Positions 17,841 to 26,693 of a stretch of DNA of 64,000 nucleotides are shown here, piece by piece. The first letter of the stretch is position 1. The number at the start of each line of letters is the position of its first letter. Position numbers and translations under genes: made by a program. Origin of the DNA: an uncultured Verrucomicrobiae bacterium (GTDB lineage Bacteria; Verrucomicrobiota; Verrucomicrobiia; Chthoniobacterales; Terrimicrobiaceae). The stretch spans positions 640,001 to 704,000 of the forward strand of contig CAVPOC010000008.1 in assembly GCA_963706955.1 (NCBI GenBank), given 5' to 3'. The notes beneath the pieces were generated by a model that saw nothing but the letters and a program-made list of their open reading frames with translations, searched no databases and was not told where the DNA came from.

Positions 17841-18968
17841 ATGTGGAAGACAGCGCACCAGCACATTCTAAAGCTCGTTTCCTATGAGCCTGGCAAGCCC
17901 GTCGAAGAGTTGGCACGCGAAATGGGCTTGCAACCCGAGGAAATCGTCAAGCTGGCCTCCAATGAGAATCCGCTCGGCCCCTCGCCGAAAGCTGTGGCCG
18001 CGATGCGCGACGCCCTCGATCGCGCCCACTTCTATCCCGACGGTGGTGGCTGGGCACTGCGCACCGCCATCGCAGAAAAGCTTGGTCTGACTCGGGAAAA
18101 TGTCGTTCTGGGCAATGGTTCGAATGAAATCATCGAATTCATCGGGCATGCATTTCTGCGGCCTGGCGATGAGGTCATAACCGCGCGTCACGCATTCGCC
18201 GTCTACACGTTGATGGCGCAACTCTTTGGAGCGAAGACAATCGAAGTGCCCGACCCCCGTTTCACCCACGATCTAAAGGCGATGCTCGCCGCCGTGAGCT
18301 GGCGAACTCGCCAGATCTTCATCGCGAATCCCAACAATCCAACGGGAACCATGGTTGATCAACAGGAGATCGATGACTTCATGGCCCGCGTGCCTGAAGA
18401 TGTCCTGGTGGTCTTCGACGAAGCTTATTACGAATTTTTGGACAATCCGCCCGACGTCCTAAAGTTTGTCCGCGATGGGCGCAACGTTGTCGTGATGCGG
18501 ACATTCTCGAAAATTCAAGGACTTGCCGGACTGCGCATCGGCTATGGTCTCGCTGGGAAGGAGATCGCTGACGTTCTGCAGAAGACGCGCCAGCCGTTCA
18601 ATGCCAACAGCATCGCACAAGCCGGGGCTCTCGCAGGCATCCATGATGATGAATACATGCGGAAGACCCGCGAGCTCACGCACCAAGGCCGGGAACTTTT
18701 GCAATCCGGCTTCTCATCGATGGGTCTAGAGTTTGTTCCGAGTGCGGCGAATTTCGTCCTGGTGCGAGTGGGCGACGGCGACAAGGTCTTCGACGCGCTG
18801 CTTCGCCGCGGCTTGATTGTTCGCGCGATGCGCAGTTACAAGCTTCCCGAATGGATTCGTGTTTCTGTGGGAACAATGGATCAGAATCGGCGCTTTCTCG
18901 CTGAGTTGGAACGCTTGAACTCCGAAGGACTGCTGGAAAACCAGACGCATCAGACGGCAGGCGCTTGA
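17841..18968 (+). CDS. hisC: Histidinol-phosphate aminotransferase
   Basis: KLASNENPLG, GNGSNE, NPNNPTG, DEAY, RTFSKIQGLAGLRIGY. Confidence 0.95.
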   Translation: MWKTAHQHILKLVSYEPGKPVEELAREMGLQPEEIVKLASNENPLGPSPKAVAAMRDALDRAHFYPDGGGWALRTAIAEKLGLTRENVVLGNGSNEIIEFIGHAFLRPGDEVITARHAFAVYTLMAQLFGAKTIEVPDPRFTHDLKAMLAAVSWRTRQIFIANPNNPTGTMVDQQEIDDFMARVPEDVLVVFDEAYYEFLDNPPDVLKFVRDGRNVVVMRTFSKIQGLAGLRIGYGLAGKEIADVLQKTRQPFNANSIAQAGALAGIHDDEYMRKTRELTHQGRELLQSGFSSMGLEFVPSAANFVLVRVGDGDKVFDALLRRGLIVRAMRSYKLPEWIRVSVGTMDQNRRFLAELERLNSEGLLENQTHQTAGA

Positions 18969-18969
18969 C

Positions 18970-20316
18970 GTGCTTGCCGAGGATACCATTGCTGCGATAT
19001 CCACGCCGCCTGGCGAAGGCGCCATCGCCGTCATCCGCATTTCGGGCTCGCAGGCCATCGCGATCGCCGAGCAGCTTTTCGCACGAGCCAACTCGGGCCA
19101 CCCGCTTGTCGAGAGAAGGCTGCACTTTGGCTGCTTTCGAGGCCGAGAGGAGAAGCTAGACGAAGGGATGGCTGTCGTTTTCCGCGCGCCCCATAGCTAT
19201 ACCGGGGAGGACATGGCGGAGTTTCACTGCCATGGAGGTGTGCTCGTCGCCTCGCGCCTTCTCGAGGCAGTATTGCGCACCGAAGCTCGCGCGGCTGAAC
19301 CAGGCGAATTCACGCGAAGGGCCTTTCTTAACGGTAAGCTGGACCTGACCCAAGCCGAGGCAGTCATGGACGTCATACGGGCCAGCACTTCGCTGGCTCT
19401 CCGAGCTGCCGAGGAGCAACTCTCTGGACGTCTCGGGCAGGAGGTCGAACAAATTCGTAGCCACCTCCTCAGGACGGTCGCTCACGTCGAGGCTTACATA
19501 GACTTTCCCGACGAGGGGATCGAGCCACACACAGGTGCGAGGTTGCTGGCCGAGATTGGTATCATCCATGGTCGGATCGAACGCCTGCTCGCAACGGCGA
19601 ATGAAGGTCGGATCCTCCGCGAGGGAGTTCGCCTGGTCCTTTGCGGCGAGCCGAATGCCGGAAAGTCAAGCCTCCTCAACCGATTGCTTGGCTTTGATCG
19701 CGCCATCGTGAGTGCCAGTCCGGGGACCACTCGGGATACGATCGAGGAACTCGCCAGCCTGCGAGGTATTCCCTTTCGGATAACCGATACCGCCGGCCTG
19801 AGAGAGACCTCAGACGCCGTCGAGCGCGAGGGCGTGGAACGCGCACGACGAGCCATGGAGTCCGCTGATCTGATCGTGCGGATAGCCGACATCACGCAAA
19901 ACCCGAGACTCGAAGCGAGCCAGGGGGAAAGGGAAATTCTGGCGTTAAACAAGGTCGATCTTCTCGATCCCCAGACAGCCGCGAACCAGCGCCGGCAGAG
20001 CGGACCAGTGGCCATTTCCTGCCGCACCGGCGAGGGAATTGACCATCTCGTAGATTTGATCGTGAGCAAAGCCCGCGGAGATCGCCCTGCTGATGCTCCG
20101 ATGTTGGCCGCAATCAACGCTCGGCATCAGGCGTGCCTGCAACGCGCCCAATCCCGCTTGTCCGAGGCTGCAGAAAAACTCCGGGCCGGCGTTGACCCGG
20201 AACTTATCGCCGTGCCGTTACGAGAAACCCTCGACGCTGTCGGCGAGGTCATCGGTGCGGCGGATGCTGAAGAGATTCTCGGAGAAATCTTTTCCACTTT
20301 CTGCATTGGAAAGTGA
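18970..20316 (+). CDS. mnmE: tRNA modification GTPase MnmE
   Basis: DTIAAISTPPGEG, SYTGED, GEFTRRAFLNGK, GEPNAGKSS, GTTRD, DTAG, NKVD, FCIGK. Confidence 0.97.
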   Translation: MLAEDTIAAISTPPGEGAIAVIRISGSQAIAIAEQLFARANSGHPLVERRLHFGCFRGREEKLDEGMAVVFRAPHSYTGEDMAEFHCHGGVLVASRLLEAVLRTEARAAEPGEFTRRAFLNGKLDLTQAEAVMDVIRASTSLALRAAEEQLSGRLGQEVEQIRSHLLRTVAHVEAYIDFPDEGIEPHTGARLLAEIGIIHGRIERLLATANEGRILREGVRLVLCGEPNAGKSSLLNRLLGFDRAIVSASPGTTRDTIEELASLRGIPFRITDTAGLRETSDAVEREGVERARRAMESADLIVRIADITQNPRLEASQGEREILALNKVDLLDPQTAANQRRQSGPVAISCRTGEGIDHLVDLIVSKARGDRPADAPMLAAINARHQACLQRAQSRLSEAAEKLRAGVDPELIAVPLRETLDAVGEVIGAADAEEILGEIFSTFCIGK

Positions 20317-21341
20317 ACATTTACACACGCATCCTTCGACCGCTTCTCTTCAGCCTCGATGCCGAGCATGCGCACCATTTAGTCCTGCGACAGCTCTCGA
20401 TCTTGCCGCCGCTTCTCGTGCAGACGATCTTTGGCAGGCTCCCGCGCTGTCCGCCCCACCAGCTCTTTGGGGTGACATTTCCGAGACGTGTGGGATTGGC
20501 CGCGGGGATGGACAAGAATGGGATCGCCCTGCGAGGCTGGGAAGCACTTGGCTTCGGGTTTGTTGAGATTGGAACTGTTACTGCCCGCCCTCAGCCCGGC
20601 AATGCACGGCCCCGGCTCTTCCGCTATCCCGAGCAAGCCGCTTTGGTGAACCGGATGGGCTTTAACAATGATGGCGCTGACGTAATCGCCGCCCGCCTGG
20701 ATCGCCTTCGCAAGACGGGCAAGTGGCCGGCGATACCTGTCGGAATCAATCTAGGGAAGTCCAAGGATACCCCGCTCGACGAAGCATCCGCAGACTATTT
20801 GTACAGCTTTCGCGCGCTTCGGGGGTTGGGGGACTATTTCGTGATCAACGTGAGCTCCCCGAATACGCCGGGTCTGCGAGAGTTGCAGGAAACTCATCGC
20901 TTGAGTGATATTGTCCGTAGTCTGCGCAGCGAAGACCCGGACGCTCGCCTGCTCGTCAAGATCGCACCCGACGTCTCTGACCAACAGGCTTTCGAGATTG
21001 CTAAGGTCGCCGAAGACCAGAGGCTGGCTGGTCTGATCGCCACCAACACCACGCTCGATCACTCCGCGCTCCCGAACAATCGTGATCAACAGGGTGGTCT
21101 CAGTGGCGCTCCACTTCGAGCGCGGGCAACTCACCTGCTCCAGATGCTGAGCTCACACAGCTCGCTCCCTCTGATTGCGTCCGGTGGCGTAATGGATGCC
21201 GCTTCAGCCAAGGAGAAGTTTGACGCCGGAGCGCGCCTCGTTCAGATCTATACGGGCCTGGTCTATCGCGGCCCACAATTGATCCGCGAGATAGCCGCCC
21301 TCGAATCCGAATTCTCACCTGCTAACCCTCTTAATGCCTGA
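20313..21341 (+). CDS. pyrD: Quinone-dependent dihydroorotate dehydrogenase
   Basis: GLAAGMDK, NRMGFNN, INVSSPNTPGLR, KIAPD, GGLSG. Confidence 0.96.
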   Translation: MNIYTRILRPLLFSLDAEHAHHLVLRQLSILPPLLVQTIFGRLPRCPPHQLFGVTFPRRVGLAAGMDKNGIALRGWEALGFGFVEIGTVTARPQPGNARPRLFRYPEQAALVNRMGFNNDGADVIAARLDRLRKTGKWPAIPVGINLGKSKDTPLDEASADYLYSFRALRGLGDYFVINVSSPNTPGLRELQETHRLSDIVRSLRSEDPDARLLVKIAPDVSDQQAFEIAKVAEDQRLAGLIATNTTLDHSALPNNRDQQGGLSGAPLRARATHLLQMLSSHSSLPLIASGGVMDAASAKEKFDAGARLVQIYTGLVYRGPQLIREIAALESEFSPANPLNA

Positions 21342-22212
21342 CTGGAAATCGACAACCCTCACCCTCGGCCATTCGCCGGATCCGGATGACGCCTTCATGT
21401 TCTACGCAATGGCGGAAAACAAGATCGACTTGAAGGGCTATCGTTTTAGCCACATCCTCGAAGATATTCAGACGCTCAATGAGCGCGCAACGCGTGGCGA
21501 ACTACATATCACCGCACTCTCGATCCATGCTCTGGCCTACGTTCTGGATCGCTACGCGCTCCTCCCAAGTGGGGCGAGTATGGGCAACGGATACGGTCCC
21601 GTTTTCGTCACGAAGGATTCTCATGGTCTCTCTGAAGGCGCCGACGATCTAACCAAGAAGAACTGGCTTCTCGGCAAAAGAATCGCCGTGCCGGGCCGCA
21701 TGACGAGCGCATTCCTGGCGGCGCAGCTCTTTCTCGGGCAGGATTTCGATTACATCATCGTTCCTTTCGACGAGATCTTTGAAACGGTGCATTCGGGAGA
21801 CGCTGGAGCCGGCCTGATCATCCACGAGGGTCAGCTGACCTACGAGCAAGAAGGCTTCACCGGCGTGCTTGATCTGGGCGAGTGGTGGAAGCGAACGCGC
21901 AACCTGCCCCTTCCCCTCGGAGGCAACGTGATCCGCAAAGACATCCCGCTCGCGGTTCAACGCGAAATTAGCGACATCGTGCGGACCAGCATTCGTTATG
22001 CGTTGGAACATCGCGCATCCGCCGTCACCCACAGCATGGCTCACGCGCGAGGGTTGGATGTCCCGTTGGCGGACCAATTCATCGGCATGTACGTCAACGA
22101 GTTTACAATTGATTACGGAGAAGAGGGCAGGGTTGCCGTCGACCGGTTCTTGAGCGAAGCGGCAGAGCAAAGGCTAATTCCGCAGATCAGTGCGCTGGAA
22201 TTTGTGAGCTAG
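21334..22212 (+). CDS. mqnD: MqnA/MqnD family protein, 1,4-dihydroxy-6-naphthoate synthase-like
   Basis: LGHSPDPDDAFMFY, DIQTLN, GYGP, IIHEGQLTY, DLGEWW, PLPLG, MYVN. Confidence 0.85.
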   Translation: MPDWKSTTLTLGHSPDPDDAFMFYAMAENKIDLKGYRFSHILEDIQTLNERATRGELHITALSIHALAYVLDRYALLPSGASMGNGYGPVFVTKDSHGLSEGADDLTKKNWLLGKRIAVPGRMTSAFLAAQLFLGQDFDYIIVPFDEIFETVHSGDAGAGLIIHEGQLTYEQEGFTGVLDLGEWWKRTRNLPLPLGGNVIRKDIPLAVQREISDIVRTSIRYALEHRASAVTHSMAHARGLDVPLADQFIGMYVNEFTIDYGEEGRVAVDRFLSEAAEQRLIPQISALEFVS

Positions 22213-23956
22213 GCGGCGGATTCTGCCCCGGTTGCTTGGCGACGTTCTCGGCGCTCTTGTCGAGCTTCGTGGCAATCGTCTTACTCTCGGGATTGATCTG
22301 AAGCGCCTTCTGCCAATAGAGAACCGCTTCGGCATTCCTGCCAAGCTTGTCGTAGGCGTCTCCGATGTGCTCAAACACCACAGCGTCGGCTTCGGGAAGC
22401 AACTCGGCCGCACGCAGCAACTCCGTTAATGATTCCTGGAATTTTCCCTGTTTGAAATAAAGCCAGCCCAGACTGTCCACGTAGGCGCCATTGCCCGGAT
22501 CCAACTCGAGAGCGCGTCGGATGAGTTGAGCTGCCTCCTCGAGGTTTTCACTGCGCTCGACCCACATGTAACCGAGGTAGTTGTAAGACCGCGCAGCATT
22601 ATCAGGATCCAGTTCAATTGATTTCCGGAAGAGCTCGCCGGCTTTTACATACTGGCCTGCCTGTTCGGCGGCGGCGCCGTAATCAAAGTAGAAATCGGCA
22701 TTGAGCATGTCCGGTTGGCTATTACCGGCCTCCACGAGTGCCTTTTCGAAGGCTCGCATGGCTTCCTCGTGATGCTTGATCTGGCTGAGAGCAACGGCGT
22801 GATAGTAGGTGAGCAGCCCAGCCTTCGGGAAGCGCTTTCGAGCTTCCTCCAGAGCGGAAGACGCGCCCTCGTATTCCTTTTGCTTGAAGAGCAGATCGAT
22901 CACCTGGAGATGGCGCGGAAGCAGCTGCGGCTCGATGAGAAGAGCTTGCTTGGCGCTGGTCAACGCCTTCTGCTGGCTGCCGATCTTGAGATAGAGCTGC
23001 GTGAGTTGGTCATACGCGGCAATGCTAAGTGGATTGAGCTCGACTAGATCCTCAATGACCTCGATCGCGGCCTGGATCTGGCCGGCTTCAATCAGGCAAC
23101 CTGCAAGCTTCTCACGGATCTGCGGATAAGATGGCCTTAGTTCAACGACCTTTCTGTAAAATGGGAGCGCCTTGCTCGTCTGGCGAGTTAGAACATACAA
23201 GTCGCCAACCTTGCTGAGCACTGCGGGATCCCTTTCCCCAAAAGTGGCCGCCTTTTCCAGAAGGCGGCCGACGCGCTGAAGTTCGGCCTCGGTCAAAGTA
23301 GCTCCCGAGTCACGGAGCACATTGCGGCTGCAGAGTTCGGCCAGCGAGAGCCAGAAGCTGGCATCCTCGCTCTTCGAACGGGTCGCCTTCTCGAGGACCT
23401 GCTCTGCTTTCGCGGTTTGGCCCCCTGACAGATAGACTTCCCAGAGCGCCTCATAGGGAGCGAACGACTTTGGCGCCATTTCGATGGCCGCCTGGGCGTA
23501 TTTGGTAGCCAACTCCGGTTTGTGCAGGTGGCGCAGGTAAGTTGCGCTCAATGCAAGATAGGGAGCCGTTTCCTTCGGCGCCGCCTTGACTGCGTCTTTC
23601 AACACGGAGATTGCCTCGGCTGTCTCTCCGCGGCGAAGGTAGTCATAGGCCACCTTGATAGCTAGGTCGGCGTTGGCGGGATCCAACGCGAGGGCCTTGC
23701 GATAGCTCTCGAGCGCCTTTTCAGGCCCGTCGCTCTCCTCTTCAAAGAGGCCATTGACAAACCAGGCCAGCGCGTCCGCTTTGCGCTGACCCTTACTATC
23801 CAAGGCACGGCTAGTCTGGGCCGCGTCCGTGGGAAGCACATCAGCAACGGCTCCCAGGGCGGCAAAGTCGGCCAGTGCAAAGACGGCACCCGCCAAAAGA
23901 AGGAGGATCTGGCGAGTTCTGCGACCGGCAGCCTCGATTGGTCCCTTCCCGCTCAT
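22187..23956 (-). CDS. Tetratricopeptide repeat protein, probably exported
   Basis: Hydrophobic N-terminus; many TPRs; NYLGY and DSLGWLYF C-terminal repeats. Confidence 0.9.
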   Translation of the reverse strand: MSGKGPIEAAGRRTRQILLLLAGAVFALADFAALGAVADVLPTDAAQTSRALDSKGQRKADALAWFVNGLFEEESDGPEKALESYRKALALDPANADLAIKVAYDYLRRGETAEAISVLKDAVKAAPKETAPYLALSATYLRHLHKPELATKYAQAAIEMAPKSFAPYEALWEVYLSGGQTAKAEQVLEKATRSKSEDASFWLSLAELCSRNVLRDSGATLTEAELQRVGRLLEKAATFGERDPAVLSKVGDLYVLTRQTSKALPFYRKVVELRPSYPQIREKLAGCLIEAGQIQAAIEVIEDLVELNPLSIAAYDQLTQLYLKIGSQQKALTSAKQALLIEPQLLPRHLQVIDLLFKQKEYEGASSALEEARKRFPKAGLLTYYHAVALSQIKHHEEAMRAFEKALVEAGNSQPDMLNADFYFDYGAAAEQAGQYVKAGELFRKSIELDPDNAARSYNYLGYMWVERSENLEEAAQLIRRALELDPGNGAYVDSLGWLYFKQGKFQESLTELLRAAELLPEADAVVFEHIGDAYDKLGRNAEAVLYWQKALQINPESKTIATKLDKSAENVAKQPGQNPPPSSQIPAH

Positions 23957-23972
23957 GCTCGAAGTGTATCTC

Positions 23973-24077
23973 TTACGACTTGTAGCGCAAACGCTTCTTG
24001 TGACGATTTTCGCGCATGCGTTTACGGCGCTTATGCTTCGCGATCTTCGCCTTTCTCTTCTTTTTCAGTGAACCCAT
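23973..24077 (-). CDS. Small basic AURKAIP1/COX24-domain (bS22-like) protein, 34 aa
   Basis: Manual translation MGSLKKKRKAKIAKHKRRKRMRENRHKKRLRYKS*; below the ORF-track cutoff; lies between hisG and the TPR gene on the same strand. Confidence 0.85.
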   Translation of the reverse strand: MGSLKKKRKAKIAKHKRRKRMRENRHKKRLRYKS

Positions 24078-24097
24078 GAACGGTGTGTGAACTCCAA

Positions 24098-24976
24098 CTA
24101 ATAGACGACCTTGTTAAGCGGATACTCGATTATTCCCTCCGCACCCAATGTTTTAAGTTTGGGAATTATCTCCCGGACGATCTTCTCCTCGATGACCGTC
24201 TCGACAGCAACCCACCCAGCCTGGGCCAAGGGTGAAATTGTAGGATTTCGGAGCGCGGGCAATGCCTCAAGCAAATTCTTCAAGTTTGATTCCTGAAGAT
24301 TCATCTTTAGGCCGACCAAGTCCCTGGCATTGATTGCGCCCTTGAGCAGGAGGGTCAGCGTTTCGAGTTTCGCGCGCTTCCAGTTGTCCTCGAAAGCCCG
24401 GTGGTTGACGATAAATACGGGATACGATTCCAAGAGAGTCTCGACAATGCGCAACTTATTGGCCCGCAGAGAAGAACCGGTTTCGGTGATATCGATAATC
24501 GCGTCTACGAGGTCGGGAACTTTGACCTCCGTTGCCCCCCATGAAAACTCTATTTCGACATGGACTCCCGAGCGTTCGAAGAAGCGCCTGGTCAGTCCAA
24601 CTGCTTCGGTGGCTACTCGCTTGCCTTCAAGGTCTTGCACGCTGCGGATCGGCGATTCCTCAGGAACGACCAGCACCCAGCGCGTTGGCCGGGCGCTGGC
24701 TTTGCTGAAGGATAGCTCAGTGATCTCGCGCACGTCTGATTCATTTTCCGCCACCCAATCGCGGCCGGTGATTCCCGCATCGAGATATCCATGTTCGACA
24801 TAGCGACTAATCTCCTGGGCACGCAGCAGCCGGATTTCCAGCTCAGGATCATCGATTGCGGGCCGATAGGAGCGCGTCGATCCCGACACCGAAAAACCAG
24901 CCTTGGCAAACAGGTTGATCGTCGCCTCCATCAGACTTCCCGAAGGAAGACCAAGAGTCAGAATGCGCGAGGTCAT
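24098..24976 (-). CDS. hisG: ATP phosphoribosyltransferase (long form)
   Basis: LGLPSGSL, RAQEI, DAGITGRDW, GATEVK, TETGSSLRANKL, PTISPL. Confidence 0.96.
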   Translation of the reverse strand: MTSRILTLGLPSGSLMEATINLFAKAGFSVSGSTRSYRPAIDDPELEIRLLRAQEISRYVEHGYLDAGITGRDWVAENESDVREITELSFSKASARPTRWVLVVPEESPIRSVQDLEGKRVATEAVGLTRRFFERSGVHVEIEFSWGATEVKVPDLVDAIIDITETGSSLRANKLRIVETLLESYPVFIVNHRAFEDNWKRAKLETLTLLLKGAINARDLVGLKMNLQESNLKNLLEALPALRNPTISPLAQAGWVAVETVIEEKIVREIIPKLKTLGAEGIIEYPLNKVVY

Positions 24977-25031
24977 GCGGAAGGCGGATTAACGGCGAGT
25001 TCCGGTTTTCTCGCAAGGGGAAAAGCTTCTC

Positions 25032-25523
25032 TCATTCTTGCGCACCACCGGAGGTCCCTGCGTGTCGCGCTTGCCGCGCCTGTAAGAACCTAAGGAGCAG
25101 GAAATAGAACAAAGCGGCCGCTGGAGCTGCAAGGAAGAGCGAACCGAGCAGAAGCGGAAACCCGATGTGCAAAAATGTGGTCCACTTCAACATTTCGCTC
25201 ACATGGATGTGGTGCATTTCCATCTTGGGCGGGAAGTGATGCGGATGACTAAGCAGCCAATAACCGAGATCGTACTCGACACGCAGCAGAACCGGCAACA
25301 GCGGTGTGAAGATGTCGTGCAGTGATACAGCAATTACTGCAGCGATCGGATTGCAGCGAAGAAGATAGGCGCCGCCAAGCGAAAGCAGTGTCTTAATTCC
25401 AAAGAGCGGGGTGAAACCGACAAACACTCCAATCGCCACGCCGCCAGCGATCGCATGAGGGGTATCCCGCAACGTGACCAACTTGGATCCGAGATCCTTA
25501 AAATGCTCCATCAAGCTTTTCAC
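25032..25523 (-). CDS. DUF2062 family membrane protein
   Basis: DTPHAIAGGVAIGVFVGFTP motif and hydrophobic segments. Confidence 0.85.
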   Translation of the reverse strand: MKSLMEHFKDLGSKLVTLRDTPHAIAGGVAIGVFVGFTPLFGIKTLLSLGGAYLLRCNPIAAVIAVSLHDIFTPLLPVLLRVEYDLGYWLLSHPHHFPPKMEMHHIHVSEMLKWTTFLHIGFPLLLGSLFLAAPAAALFYFLLLRFLQARQARHAGTSGGAQE

Positions 25524-25561
25524 GCGACAAGCGATAAATGGCGGGTTCGTCGGCTTCCAGA

Positions 25562-25590
25562 TTGAAATTCCGGGAGGCCCGCCATAGTTT
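25562..25590 (+). promoter_or_regulatory. Putative sigma70-type promoter of the OmpA-family gene
   Basis: TTGAAA-N17-TAGTTT, ending 9 nt before the ATG. Confidence 0.5.
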
Positions 25591-25599
25591 GAGACCTCT

Positions 25600-26589
25600 A
25601 TGATCGCCGCTGAGTTTGAGGATGTTCACAGGGATTCGGCATCGAGCTTCTCGCGCTGGCTCATTCCTGCTCTGGTCCTTTCGCTGCTCCTGCATTTCCT
25701 GTTTTGTTTCTGGGCGCGCAATTTTTCCCTGCCCTCGACCGGCCGCGAAGTCTACGAACGGATTGTCCCGCGGACATTCAACCTCGAGCGAGTCGAAATT
25801 GACGCGAAGTTGCTGGCCCCGGAAGAAGGTTCCGAAAAACAGGCTTCGTTGGCGCCGGAAAGCGTCAATTTGCCCGACGAGAAGGCGTCCTTCGAAAAAC
25901 TGATGGCCGACAACAAGGGAGAACCGGCGGCGCCGAAGATCGACCAATCTGTGCTCTCGGAGAAGCCAACGGCTTCTTCAACCACGCTGGAAGAGACCAC
26001 GCAAATGGCCAAGCGGAGCGGCGCCGACAGTATTCTCGAGGATACCCGGGCACTGCAAAAGGCGCTTCTGGCCGAGAAGCCGAGCGCGGCAGGGCGGCCG
26101 ACCGGCAAAGTGCTCGATCCGCAGGCGCTGACCGGTCGTGCCATGGCCAAGACCGGCCCATTGCGTGGCGGCGACACCCCGGGCTTCAGCAACCTGGACG
26201 ATCTTCTCGCCCGCACTGGACCTCTCAGCGCGGAAACCGCGCCGATTCTGATGCCGACCGATTTGCTCTTCGATTACGATCAGGACAGTCTCCGTGTCGA
26301 AGCGTTGGCCAGCTTGGAAAAGCTGGGGACTCTGATCCGACGGAATCCACAAGCCTCCTTCATCATCGAGGGGCATAGCGACTCCTTTGGCTCCGACGTC
26401 TACAACATGGTGCTCAGCCGCCGCCGGGCGGAAACTGTCAAAGCTTGGCTTATCAAGACAATGAATATTCCTCCCCAGCGAATCTCCGCCCGAGGGTTTG
26501 GCAGAACGCGACTCATCGCACCAGCGTCGGGAACCATTGAAGAGCAGCAGATCAATCGACGCGTCGAAATTGTCATCCGGACCAAGTAA
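25600..26589 (+). CDS. OmpA-like domain protein with N-terminal membrane anchor
   Basis: LLFDYD, IEGHSDSFG, NMVLSRRRAETVK, NRRVEI; TM WLIPALVLSLLLHFLFCFW. Confidence 0.9.
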   Translation: MIAAEFEDVHRDSASSFSRWLIPALVLSLLLHFLFCFWARNFSLPSTGREVYERIVPRTFNLERVEIDAKLLAPEEGSEKQASLAPESVNLPDEKASFEKLMADNKGEPAAPKIDQSVLSEKPTASSTTLEETTQMAKRSGADSILEDTRALQKALLAEKPSAAGRPTGKVLDPQALTGRAMAKTGPLRGGDTPGFSNLDDLLARTGPLSAETAPILMPTDLLFDYDQDSLRVEALASLEKLGTLIRRNPQASFIIEGHSDSFGSDVYNMVLSRRRAETVKAWLIKTMNIPPQRISARGFGRTRLIAPASGTIEEQQINRRVEIVIRTK

Positions 26590-26693
26590 ACGTGGATGCT
26601 CCATGCAAAATGCGGATCATCCAGTGGATTTAGGAATTTAGGCAATCGGCTTCAAGAGGTGGGAATGATCTGGCCACACCTCGAGTTGCTTGT

